DNA from: Conidiobolus incongruus B7586 | Lineage: Eukaryota | Assembly: GCA_000697335.1 (NCBI GenBank) | Contig: JNEM01006374.1 | Location: 1 to 60,214, forward strand | Length of the DNA: 60,214 nt | Direction: 5' to 3' | Part shown: one piece after another, positions 29,401 through 42,701 of the stretch | Layout of the letters: each line of letters begins with the position of its first letter | Numbering within the stretch: the first letter of the stretch is position 1 | Program-made: the position numbers and the translations under genes | Notes under the pieces: model-generated | Told to the model about the DNA's origin: nothing | The model's database searches: none | The model's input: the letters and a program-made list of their open reading frames with translations, nothing else

Positions 29401-31243
29401 ATAGGGAAATATTGTGAAAAAACATAATTTATTTTTGATTGAAAGCAGATCCATTATAAAGAAAATAAATAATATCATTTCATCTGCAACAATTTATATG
29501 ATAAACAGGTTATTTTCGATTTACCTAAATACAATCTAAAAAGTTTTAATTTCGAGTAAATTATTTTTACCAAATGTGATTACAAATAATAATGAAATCA
29601 CTCTTATGATGCAATAACATCTCAAGCTGATGGAATTAATCTCGATTAATTGTTTGATTAATTAGAAATTAATTTAATTGCAATAACATACTAAAGTATA
29701 TAAATCGATTTTTTGTAAAATGGATTGATTTTACAAGTATTTATTAAATATATTTTGAACATTATACAGTTTCAATACAAAGCACTTTACAAAAGAATTA
29801 AGTTTGATGAAATGGAATAACGGGTAGTGAAAATTTATATTGCCAATAATCTTTGTTAGTTATTATAAATATAGTTTAATTCTTTTCCTTGATCATTAAT
29901 ATTGATATCAATTATCATGATTGTTGATTTGAATAAATGTATGTAGAATGATATAATATCAATATTAGGGCTTCATTTAAACACTAAAATCACATGTATT
30001 ATTAAAATCCTATTTAATTTATTCAAATAACTTTATTTACCAGAACAATTGCAATATATAAATATAATAATATATTGTTCATTTTATCCATTGTTTAATA
30101 TCTCATATGATCTGCTCAAGTTATTCGTGGATATAAATATCAGCCTAATAAATTTTACAAAACTTTTTATTTAGTGAAAAATCAAAATTTTAATTTTAGC
30201 CATAATTAATATGGCTTTTAATGAGGGTTATAATAAAATTACCTATGCAAATAATAAATATACCGCAAATTATTCAATATTGCTGAATAAACTATTTTCC
30301 TTTTTTACATGAAAGATAAAATGATTTTTGTTCATACTATTTTACTATTTTAGGAAATTCATATGAAATATATCCATAAGAATTTTAGCCTTCAAATTAT
30401 ATAAATATGAAAATCAGAATATTTTGTTAATCATTAATTTTGGTGCTCGAGGCAAAGTGTAATGCATATTAATCTCAATTTGGGCAATTTGTTAATATTG
30501 CAACAAAAATGATTTTAATATTATTCGAATAACAAACTCAATAGAGTTTATTATATATTAATTAAAAGGAAATCATGATTTCGATAGAATTAAAAAATAT
30601 ATGCTATATAATTTGAAATTTATTTTTGCATTAAATATTAGAATATCAATATATGTATGATATTTTCTGCTCTTAAAATCCAATTATAATTAAATCATTT
30701 AGTTTGAATTTGGCTAAAATTTTAAATAATTTATGCAAGGGTGAATTTCTAAATTAACAGTTCGCCTTTCTCGTTAATTAAAAATTATCAGAGATATATT
30801 GGCAAACATATAACTAATATGCTCATATATAATCATATCGTGACTTGATTATATTGCTTTAAAAATAGCTTATACCTATAATGAGGACAAGCTCGATATC
30901 ATAATAAATGTGAGAATATAAAATATACCAATATTGTCTGCTTTGTTTTAAAAATAGTACAATATCTGAATATTAGCTGAAGATTCAGAATAAGTGGAAT
31001 CAATTGACTGCCATTTAAGAAATATTTAAAGATCACTTCATTTTCATTTCAATATCCATAATTGACTAATCGGAATAAAAAATTTAACATTACAAAATTT
31101 CGTAATTTTCAAGGGATTTGTACCACAAATAATGTAGGTTTTAAGTTAGGATTATGCAGAGGATTTAATAATATGTTAGTTACAATAAGGTATAAATACA
31201 CCAAATATCATATTCATGTTATTCAAATAACTATTTTAATATA

Positions 31244-32416
31244 ATGAAATTCAATTACCTTATTATTACTGTTACTTCCATTTTAACCGCTGCCATCCAA
31301 GGTGAAGCGATTAAAGACCAATATATTTTCAAACTGAAAAATATTATTCCCAATGAGTTGGACAGTACAATTAACACAGTAAAGAGTCTCATTCCTCCAT
31401 TTTCGAATAGTGTAATTCTTCATATTTATGACTCAGTTTTCCATGGATTTGCCATCAAGGCCAAGCCTGAAATCGTTGAAATACTCAAGGTACTCCCATT
31501 CGTTGATTTTGTTGAACAAGATCAAGAAGTGAAAGCTATAGCAGAAACTCAAGACGATTCTGAATGGGGATTAGCAAGAATTTCTCAACGTGATAAATTA
31601 GGTGACAAACCATATAAATATTCCTATGACTCAAACCCCGGATTTAATACCACTGTTTATGTGATTGATACTGGTGTAAATATCAAGCACAAAGAATTCG
31701 AAGGCCGTGCTTCATGGGGTGCTACTTTTGCTGAAAATAGTACTGATGATGATAAGCATGGTCACGGAACCCATTGTGCTGGCACAGTCGCAGGAAAAAC
31801 TTACGGTGTTGCGAAGAAAGCCAATATTGTAGCAGTCAAAGTGTTAGGAGACGATGGCAAGGGATCGAATTCTGGAGTGATTGCTGGAATAAATTATGCT
31901 GTGAAAGATAAGAGAGGTGCAAAAGGTAATGTAATTTCAATGAGTTTGGGTGGTCCAAAACTATTTGACAGCAGAGCTATGGATAATGCTATTAAGAATG
32001 CTGTTGATAATGACGTTGTAGTAGTTGTTGCTGCTGGAAATGATAATTTCAATGCTTGTGCATACTCACCTGCTAGTTCCAAAGATGCTATAACCGTAGG
32101 TGCTACAGATATAGAAGATAAGAAAGCTAGCTTTTCTAATTGGGGTAGCTGTGTCGACATTTTTGCTCCTGGTAAAGATATCAAATCAGCTTGGAAGGGT
32201 GGTGAAGAAGAAACTAAGACCATATCAGGAACTTCAATGGCTTGCCCGCATGTTGCCGGATTAGCTGCTTACTATATTGGAAAGGGTACATCTCCTAAAG
32301 ATGTAAGAAAAACTCTAATTTCCTCTGCTACCAAAGATAAGATTGATATGGGACTACCTTTATTGCCCGAACTTTTGGGAACCCCAAATCTTTTAGCATA
32401 CAACAGTGTAAATTAA
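31244..32416 (+). CDS. Secreted subtilisin-like serine protease (S8A) with I9 propeptide
   Basis: Signal peptide, prodomain, [11 protein letters not shown] and GTSMACPHVAG. TATAAATA lies ~50 nt upstream. Confidence 0.97.
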   Translation: MKFNYLIITVTSILTAAIQGEAIKDQYIFKLKNIIPNELDSTINTVKSLIPPFSNSVILHIYDSVFHGFAIKAKPEIVEILKVLPFVDFVEQDQEVKAIAETQDDSEWGLARISQRDKLGDKPYKYSYDSNPGFNTTVYVIDTGVNIKHKEFEGRASWGATFAENSTDDDKHGHGTHCAGTVAGKTYGVAKKANIVAVKVLGDDGKGSNSGVIAGINYAVKDKRGAKGNVISMSLGGPKLFDSRAMDNAIKNAVDNDVVVVVAAGNDNFNACAYSPASSKDAITVGATDIEDKKASFSNWGSCVDIFAPGKDIKSAWKGGEEETKTISGTSMACPHVAGLAAYYIGKGTSPKDVRKTLISSATKDKIDMGLPLLPELLGTPNLLAYNSVN

Positions 32417-35400
32417 TAATTTAATATTATAAAATATATTTTCATCAAGCAATTTTCACATAAATCATCGGATTTATTAATTCAGTTATAAATGAGATTT
32501 TGATTATATTCTACATTTTATTTTTACAATTATTTTAAATTTCGAAGTTAATTATTCACTTCAAACTGTTTGAATTACAAAATTATATTAGTTTATTCAT
32601 TTAATATTGACTTCTCTTGAATCATTGAACTTGAATTGATTATTATTGATGAAATTCACTGCTAAATTCAAACATATTCACAATGAAAACTTTACTGATT
32701 TTAATCAACTCTCATGCCTGAACATATCAAAGGATATGTTTAATTAAAATTTACATGATAAATTATTAAATTATATTATCCCATTAAGTTTTATACTTCT
32801 ACCTTTGTATATTTTAATGCAATCAGGCACTAAAATAGTTAAATTCATAATATTAGAGAATCAGGATCTAAAAGAAAAATTTCTTGTAATTACTTGATGT
32901 TTCAATCAAGTTACCAATTAATACATCTATAAAATAAATCAAGTTATAAACCACTATCATTTTATGATTATGTAAGAAAATTCGATTAATTTTCCATTTT
33001 TTGAGTAAATGAAATTTCTAGTTTTATTACAGAAAATATTATTAATTGAGATATTAGATATGTACTATAAAAACACTTTACTAACTATTTATCAATGGTC
33101 TTGTTATATCCTTTGAGCCTATATATTTTGACCATTTTCAAATTTTTGATGATTCATAATATATATAGACTGAGTATAAAATAATTAGAAAACATTAGTT
33201 TCAAAACAATACGTCAATTTGTTCATTTAATGATATTTATATGAATATCAGTAGTGTAACCTTTGTCAATTCCATTATTATTCCAATTTGGAATTGAATA
33301 TTTTGATTCTTTATGTGTGCTTGGATTAGCCCATATATTGATTTTTAAGTTTGGATCCTGTGATTCAAAGATATAATATTTATTCAGATTGTAAAATAGA
33401 GAATTACCTTTGTAGGAGAGTCCTAAATTTAATTTGTTATATAAGTTGAGAGATTTCAAATTATACAGATGTACGGAGTAAATAACTAATTTTTCTATAA
33501 CAATATATTTCATAATAAAATAAAATTGTTCCAACGTCGGTAAAACAATTTTGGTATATATGTATATATGAATCGATATTAAGTTCAAAATTTATTGATC
33601 AATTAATTGGTTAATTTGCTCACTTGCGGAAAAAATAGCTAATTTATATTTCAATATATTAAAAATATTTATATATCACAAATGTAAAAGTTCAAAATAT
33701 TAATAAATCATAAAAAATGGTCTGTGATTTATAAATATCATTATTATTAAAAGCATAATTAATATTTCATACAATATAAATTTTCAATCATTTCATATTT
33801 ATTCAACGATAAAGTGATTTTTATTAATTCGAATATATAATATTATTATACTTATTCAGAAACTGCCCTCCTCCCAACTATAAATAATTCTAATCATTAA
33901 AATATATTGTGAAATTTACTCTCCAAAACTTTTCACTTGATTTGAATTAATGAAATATATCATTATATTATAAAATAATATTCTATAACTATTAGGACAT
34001 TTGTAATAAATTATTACAATTTTTCATAATATGAATTTAATAATCATGACCAAATCAATAATAGAATTATAAAAAATACTAATGTTATAATCATTTTTAA
34101 AATTTATTGGAATGTCAAAAATATTTCAATTTTGTATAAATATATATATATATATATATAATATCATTTATTGTTAAGCTAATTTTTGAAATATCAAATA
34201 ATGAAATATATTTATTTAAATACAAACATCAACTTTATTTTGGAAAAATTTCCCTAATATATAGTTTAGCAATATTAGTAAATGTAAGATAGAATTTTAG
34301 TATACCTATACAAATCTTTGTATTATTTGAATATGAAATTTTGAGAGTTTAAGATAATTATAATAAAATTAAAAATATATCGAATCCTGTTGGCAGAAAT
34401 CCCTTTCTACTACTACACAAGTTGTTGAAAATGCCATTTAAATAGCTTATTGTAATTGAATTATTTGAAGGCCAAACTAAAAACTTAAGATCATTAGAAA
34501 TTAATTTCATCTAAAGAGGAAAAAAATTATTATATAAAATAACCTTTTCAAAAACAATTTATAATTTAATTATATATATATCAATTGTGCTTATCATAAA
34601 CCAATTTCCATTGAAAATATATAACATATAATTATATTTATTATTTTAGTTCTTTTTTAACAATAATTATTAATCTATTTTGAGCAAATTGAATTTTCAT
34701 GCTTTAGTATAAAACTATGTTTATATTACATCATATTTCTTCAAAATCATTCATTTAGATTGATGATATTTTAGTATTGTCACATCATAATTAAAAATCC
34801 TTTATATTAATCGCCAAGCATTATTTTCCCAATATACTCAGTAATTTTCTTAATATTTTTCATTCATGTTGTATTTCAAAATTAATCATCTCTTCCAGTT
34901 TGATAGCTAAACCAATATTATTTCTATTTTAAGCTGGCTTTGTCAGTCTATAATTGAAGGATACTCTTTGTTCTCTTTATTTTCTTTATTAGATTTTATC
35001 CAAATCCCATATCATTCATTGATTCAATTATTTAAACCTACAGTCCCGATACGTTAAAGAGCAGGATTAATAAATAATTTACTAAATCATATTTTGAGTA
35101 CTTTTCTAACTACGATCTTTATTTATAAAACTTAATATAAAACACAACATTCAAACAAATATTATATGGATGTTACCTAAATTATGAAATGGGTCATTTT
35201 TAATCAAATGAAAAATAATTTCAAAATTCAATCTTAATATTTTATATATGGAGTTATTTCTATAAATAAATTGATTATAGTATTAGTATATTATTGCAAG
35301 AAAAAATATTCAAGTTGATATACCAATTACAATAATAGAATATTTGAATAAAATACTTCAAGTTTTATACTAGCTAAATAAATCTACTCATATCAAATGT

Positions 35401-35550
35401 ATCTAGAGTTTAAAATTTTATATAAACAATTTATTCAAGTTACTGAAAATTTTAACTCCCAAGATTCAATGATTTTGAATAAATAGGCAAACTTTATATA
35501 ATACAATAGAAAAAATTGGTCATCATTTGAACCATTCTACTTCAAACTAT

Positions 35551-35880
35551 TAATACGTCTTGGGACAGTCCTGTCCAGGGTAGTTTAAGTGAAAGAGAGA
35601 TCTGGGGAATTCCAAGTAAGTGTTTGAAAGGTAGGGGATTTATTAGTTTAAGTCAAATAGTTGGGAGGACCCAGATCGATCTCTTCCTGCTGAGGATAGC
35701 TCTAATTCTGGGTTTTATATAGTGTGGATTGGGTAAGGTGATTCATGAGATTATCTGGTGACTTGCATCATCGGCCAATAAAGATAGAGCAAGAGCAGAT
35801 GGTATGTGAGAGGGAAATGACTTTAACATTAGGTAGATGTAAGGATACTTGGGTAGAAGGAAGTTATCTGACTCGTGACA
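35551..35880 (-). mobile_element. Solo LTR (one terminus mutated)
   Basis: ~330 bp GC-richer island ending CTCGTGACA (reverse complement TGTCACGAG, like the other LTRs). The other end is TAATACG, putatively from TGATACG. Flanked by CTAT on both sides (35547-35550, 35881-35884). Confidence 0.65.
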
Positions 35881-37779
35881 CTATTATAATGCAAGAAATC
35901 ATCCGAATAATATTCAACCTGTTATTAATAAAATATTTTGAATTTTTGATTTATATTGAAATTTCTAAACATTGGAGGTACTATTAATTCAAATTTCTAA
36001 TTATAAATATTTTTCAATTATATTACATTAATCAAACAAATTCACTTAATTGAATTAATTCAAATCCAAATTCATTTAAGACATACTTTATGTTCCATTA
36101 CGTATATCTTAAATTTAAATAAATACTGATCATATTAAAAAACTTTATATAATTCATGGCTGTAAGTTGATGCAGAATTTATAAAGAAAAATTAGATATA
36201 CTGATCAATTTTATTGCAATGAAAGCTAACTTTAATTTTTACTAGAGTTGATAGAAAATATTCAATAATTGCTAAAGGATACACGATATTCATGGGTCTG
36301 TTTATTATTTTGAGTTATTATATACTATGTTGTGCAGATTTGAGCAAAAGATAATTTAAATTATGATATGGAGGTTGGAATGATTGTATAAGTAATCAAA
36401 GGAGACCTGGTATGGTTATGTATATATGAATAAAAGAGATTATATTTGATGTAGATAGATATTGAATGTGCTGAGTTAACTGAATGATTCAAACCAAAGC
36501 ACAATTCTCTGATATTTGAGCAGAAATAATTACCTGATTGAAAAATTGCATCAAATAAAATATTATTATCACATTTAATACACCAGATATTATAATAACG
36601 ATTGAGCTTGAATAAGTCAATTTCTTGTCGAAAATATTCAGTTAGAATTACTTATAGTACACATCAAATTACTCTTATAAAATTTATACGACTAAATAAT
36701 CCAAAATATAATTTTATATTTAAGAATATCAAACCAGTAAAACTTTTATTATAGACTTTTGATCGATTAATGAACCATAATAAATATGAGCAAACCTTCC
36801 AATCACTCAACAGTATGAATCAATTTATCATTAATGAACAAAATATATCAAGTCTTTGAATCAAAAAAATAGTAATATTTAATTTATAAGTTATTTTTTG
36901 GAATCAAAATTTTATTTTTATAATTATAATATAACAATAATCATGACATTAGATACATAAAATATGTGATATGAAATTCTATGAAATTTCATGGCACCAA
37001 ATTGTTTGTTATGCAAAAAACCTATTTATCTATTACATAGCAGTTCAAGTGTTGAAATAATCTGATAGGAAATAGTTTAGCATGCTATATTAATTTCCTT
37101 GATGAGACTCCATTTTCTAACTTCAATATATCTAGTATTCATATTTTTCACAAAATATATGCTATATTAAAAGAAAAATCATCTAATTATCTATATAATC
37201 AAAGCGATTGATAATAATTTTAATCATTCCAATCACTTCTTTGAAATAATGGTTAGAGTAATTTTACTATAATATTGTATCGTCTAAACATATTTGTGTA
37301 TATAGTATTAATAAAGCATATTTATTTTATACAAATTCGAAAATACAATTTATAAATCCAAATGTGTCTGTACATGCTTGATTGATATAATTACCGATAC
37401 TTTTTAGTTCTCTTTATACAATAATATTTATAATTTCAATATATTTTTCGATATTTTTTTAAAATGATCATATTTTAAGGTTTGTTGATCAAACAAATGT
37501 TTATGCAATTTATTTAAATATTTTTATCTAATCATTATCACTCAATTCTAATTTGAATACCGAATTCATTTTTAAATGGTTTCGAATTCATAATAAATTT
37601 ACTACAATCTTACAATTCAAAACGTTTCAATAAACTTATGAAACAGTAATAGAAATTATTAATACTATAAAATTACAAGGATTTTATTTTAGTATACCAT
37701 CAATTTTTGCCTTTTCTAAAATATCATCATGGCTATAATTATATATTAGAACATTAAATTAACCTAATCTTTTAACAAA

Positions 37780-38955
37780 ATGCAATTTAATTACTTAATT
37801 ACAACGATAATTTCCATTTACATTGTTAATATCCAAGGCCAAGCGATTAAAGATCAGTATATTTTCAGATTGAAAGATGCCACTCCCCAAGTATTCGAAA
37901 ATCATATCCAAAAGTTAAAAGAATTGATTCCAAGAAGTTCGTATAATAAATTCCTATATACTTATGATTCGGTTTTTCCTGGATTTGCCATTAGAGCCCA
38001 GCCTGAAGTGATTGATGTACTTAAAACACTCCCAATCTTTGAATGGGTTGAACAAGATCAAGTTGTCAAAATATATGTAGAAACTCAAGACGATGCTGAA
38101 TGGGGATTAGCAAGAATTTCTCAACGTGATAAATTAGGTGACAAACCATATAAATATTTTTTTGACTCAAACCCCGGATTTAATACCACTGTTTATGTGC
38201 TTGATACTGGTGTAAATATCAAGCACAAAGAATTCGAAGGCCGTGCTTCATGGGGTGCTACTTTTGCTGAAAATAGTACTGATGATGATAAGCATGGTCA
38301 TGGGACTCACGTGTCTGGTACAATAGCAGGTAAAACATTTGGAGTTGCCAAGAAGACCAACATTGTTGCTGTCAAAGTATTAGGTGACAATGGCAGTGGT
38401 TCTAATTCTGGAGTGATTGCTGGAATAGATTATGTTATTAAAGATAAGAGAGGCGGAAAAGGTAATGTAATTTCAATGAGTTTGGGTGGTCCAAAATTGT
38501 CTGATAGCAGAGCTATGGATGTTGCTATTAAGAATGCTGTTGATAATGACGTTGTAGTAGTTGTTGCTGCTGGAAATGACAGTTTTGATGCTTGTGCGTT
38601 CTCACCTGCTAGCTCCAAAGATGCTATAACCGTAGGTGCTACAGATATAGAAGATAAGAAAGCTTACTTTTCTAATTGGGGTAGATGTGTCAATATATTT
38701 GCCCCAGGTAAAGATATCAAATCCGCGTGGAAGGGTGGTGAAAAAGAAACTAAGACCATATCAGGAACTTCAATGGCTTGCCCGCATGTTGCCGGATTAG
38801 CTGCTTACTATATTGGAAAGGGTACATCTCCTAAAGATGTAAGAAAAATTCTAATTTCCTCTGCTACCAAAGATAAGATTGATATGGGATTTCCATTATT
38901 CACTCAGCTAACTGAAACTCCAAATCTTTTGGCTTATAATGGTATCAATTTATAA
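37780..38955 (+). CDS. Secreted subtilisin-like serine protease (S8A) with I9 propeptide
   Basis: Signal peptide, prodomain, LDTG, HGTHVSG and GTSMACPHVAG. Mature domain nearly identical to 31244-32416. Confidence 0.97.
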   Translation: MQFNYLITTIISIYIVNIQGQAIKDQYIFRLKDATPQVFENHIQKLKELIPRSSYNKFLYTYDSVFPGFAIRAQPEVIDVLKTLPIFEWVEQDQVVKIYVETQDDAEWGLARISQRDKLGDKPYKYFFDSNPGFNTTVYVLDTGVNIKHKEFEGRASWGATFAENSTDDDKHGHGTHVSGTIAGKTFGVAKKTNIVAVKVLGDNGSGSNSGVIAGIDYVIKDKRGGKGNVISMSLGGPKLSDSRAMDVAIKNAVDNDVVVVVAAGNDSFDACAFSPASSKDAITVGATDIEDKKAYFSNWGRCVNIFAPGKDIKSAWKGGEKETKTISGTSMACPHVAGLAAYYIGKGTSPKDVRKILISSATKDKIDMGFPLFTQLTETPNLLAYNGINL

Positions 38956-40612
38956 TATCTTTTTATTATCAAAATATTTGAATAAACCAATAATCTTGAT
39001 GAAAATAATTAAATTGATTTGATATTGACCTTTTTTTCAATTAACCAACTTCAATTAAATATACATCAAGATTATAAACTCCATTGGTCATCATTGTTAA
39101 TTTGTCCTAAGACTAAATATTGGCAATAAACAAACTCATCCTTAAATTACTGCCCAACATAATATTAAGGATCGTTCAGATCGAAAAAAAACATCTAAGA
39201 TTATTTATACGAATATTTTTAGCTTGCGACTTTAATGAATAAATTACCGACTTGGATCGAATCTAATAAATGAAATTTGATAATGAGAAAATGAATTGTA
39301 TCTGGCAAAAAATTTTAGACAATTGTTATAAAATCTAAATTTATTAATCTATCTATTAATAACTAATAAAATAGTCATAACTATGATAAGTACCTAACTA
39401 ATATCACGAAAAATTCCAATAAAATGAAACATGCATAATATTATCATTCATTTGATATGGAGGTAATTCTCTGTATAAACTTACTCAAGTACTTTAGTAA
39501 AATACTTAGATCATGATTTGTCAATAATTCAATTTTAGTTATATGTAAGTAAGAGCTTTGAAATAGCAAATTTGTATTATGGGTACAATTGATACTACTA
39601 ATTGAGTTTATTCATCGTTTTAATTATTTTATCAAACCTTGAAAAAATTTAAAACTAAATAAACAGTATAACAAAAATTTTTAGAAAAATATCTCAATTT
39701 ATGAAAATTGTTGGGCTAAATATATTGTTCAAATTTTTTATGGTATTACCAATGAACTGAAACAGATAATATTTTGTATTCAAAAATATTTGTATAAGTA
39801 TAATACATATAATAACAATTTCTTACTTTATTCGTATATAAAAGAATTTTAATCAATAATTATAAATATACAGAACTTATTCGTCTTTTTAAACTTTTCT
39901 AGACTAATGCAAACCTTTTTTTGAATAGTTTTAGTTAAAAAAATATAATTTGTTAAAGTGGAATGTATTAGTCAATTTATAAAAATTGAAAATATTCACC
40001 TTTTTAACTCGAGTTCAGTAATATATTCCTCTATTTGAATATTTTTCGGTTTACTAAGATATTATAACATTGATAATTTAATACTAATATTACTAATTCC
40101 TCATTATACAACAAATTTTAATCATAACAAATGTGGTAATTTTTGAAATTATAATAAATACATTTAATTAAGTTAATGTTAATATTTTAACTATATTTTA
40201 GTTCATTATTAATATATTTAGATAATGGATAAATTGAGCATTGTCGAAAATTGACAATAATCAAATTTTGTTTCCTATTATTATAGATTTATGAATCTAA
40301 TAATAAATTTTTTAATTGTTGGTATTTAATAATTATATTATTCATAATTTTATGAAAATACTTTATATACATCAGGAAAGATTTTTGATTTGTAATATCA
40401 ATATTAATACAATTTTAATTGAACTTAATATTAAGTTAACCTTAAAAATTTAATATTAGATTTTATCAACTATAAACAAATGATATGAATTACATAATTA
40501 TCGATTGATACATTAAAATTATGTAAAGCGTGTATTAATATGCAGTGTTGAATAAAGTATAAATAATCAAGAAGCTCATTCTAGCAAATCATTCTACTGA
40601 TATCATTATACT

Positions 40613-41795
40613 ATAACTCACATTTCTTTTTATATTAATATCACTTCCGTTTCTAACTACTGCTACACAAAGCAAATTGATCCCAAGCCAATGTATTTTT
40701 GCATTAACCAAAACTCCTAAAAAGTCGTCAGTTTACATGAACCATGGGTCTGGCCAGTTAATTTGGAAATAGTAAAATTCTATATATTTATTGTCGACCT
40801 CTTTTTTTATTTGCGTTCAATGAGCCGCCTCCAGCAATTAATTCACTCAAGGTGATGCAATACTAAGTTTTTGGAAAATAACAAGAGGTCGCAGTTAGTG
40901 TGATAATCCAAAACGAAGCTGAATGGAGATTAGAGAAAATTCCTCAAAAATATCAATTGAAATATGAAGCTTATAAATATTCTATGATGAAAATCCAGCA
41001 TTCAATACCAACCCTTGTGTGACTGATATCCGTTTTAATACTAGGCATAAGGAATTTGAAGATTATGTTTCATGGGCAGAAATTTCTCTGATGGTATGAA
41101 TAAAGAAGATAAACAAAGTCACAAAGCTCATTATGCGAGCATTTCAGCAGGTAAAACTGACAAATTTGCAAAATATGCTGATATCACTATAGTCACAGTA
41201 TTAAATGATAAGAGCGAGAGTTTCGATTTAACAGAAATTTCTGGAATTAAATATTTTGTAAATCACGAGCGAACACAAAAAGGTAAATTAATCTCTATGA
41301 GTTTGGGTAGTTGTGGGCTTGTAAGCAGATCTATGAATGAGGCACTCGAAAGTGCTCTTGAAAGGTAATGATTTCTTTGCCATAACCGCTGGATATGATG
41401 ATGCTAATCCTTGTGCTTATACCAGTAGCCTCAAACATGCTTTGATCTTCGGTACAACTGGTATCAATCATAGAATAGAATATTCCCCTAATTGGGGTAA
41501 TTGCATCCATATTTTTGCTTCCTATCATGATATCAGGTCAGCTTGGAAAGATGGCGATAATCCAACCAATTTCCTTTCAGGAGCTTCAATTTTTGCCTAC
41601 ATCTTCCAAGATTAGCAGTCTATCATATTAGATATGAGATCCCTGTTCCTGATCTCAAAGATACTAAATTTTCTACAGCTAACTGAGATCAAGTCAGCTA
41701 TAGATTCTATGCTTATAGATGCCCTAGTTCCTAATGCTTTGGGCTATAGTAATATCAATGCAAATCGAGCTCATCATCATGTACTTTTCCATTAA
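40613..41795 (+). pseudogene. Heavily decayed subtilisin pseudogene (25285/31244/37780 clade)
   Basis: Fragments in shifting frames: QNEAEWRLEKIPQK, HKEFED, KGKLISMSLGS, AGYDDANPCAY, NWGNCIHIFASYHDIRSAWKDGD and LSGASIF. The DTG and HGTH motifs are corrupted and there is no intact start. Ends are approximate. Confidence 0.9.
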
Positions 41796-42701
41796 TATCT
41801 TCAATTTTTAAAAATTTTATATATTCCTTTTCCGTTTTGTATGAAAGGTATGATTTGAATAAAATAATAATTCACATTTTTAGAATTGAAAGTTTATTTT
41901 ATATGTCCATAAGATTTCAACTCATTGTATGAGCGATTCTATAGAGGCTATTAGTTTACAAAATGAATGGTTTCTTTATTACCAAAGTTGACATTTATTA
42001 AATCAAGCTATAATTTTGATAGCTCTTATTAATAAATCTATTTACGGGTTTCAATTTAATACAAATAACATATAAAACTATCAATATTACTATTGGACTT
42101 TTATTTAATATCAATTTATTCTGTTGAGTATATTCAGAAACTTGTTAATAATAGGAAATATATTTCGCAAAACCATCAAAAAATTAAAAACTTATATATT
42201 TTTAATATTATGAAATAGAAAGCTATTAATAACACTTTTCTTTATTAATAATATGTATACTATATTGAATATATTTTCATAATAATTCAGACTCTATTAT
42301 GAAGTTAATTTTATAAATGGCCTTTCAATCAAAATTCAAAATATTATAATTATTAAATATAAATCATATTATAATAATTTGGTAAATATAAATGTATTGA
42401 AAAAAGTAAAACAATATATCGAACCTTGACTAAAAGATATATTTCATATGTTCAAGATCTTCTATCAATATTTTGATACAATAACTTTGAAGTAATATTA
42501 AAATTTAATTATCATTATTGTGTACAAATAAAAAATGGCAAATTATAAATTTGGAAATTATATTTATTGTAAAATATTTATGAATAATCTCATTTGAGAA
42601 TATATTATTATTAAATGTTATTAAAATTTTTAAAGATTTCGATAATATTAAATACCAAAAAACTATATGATTTATTAGATCTATGAATATTAATACGATT
42701 A

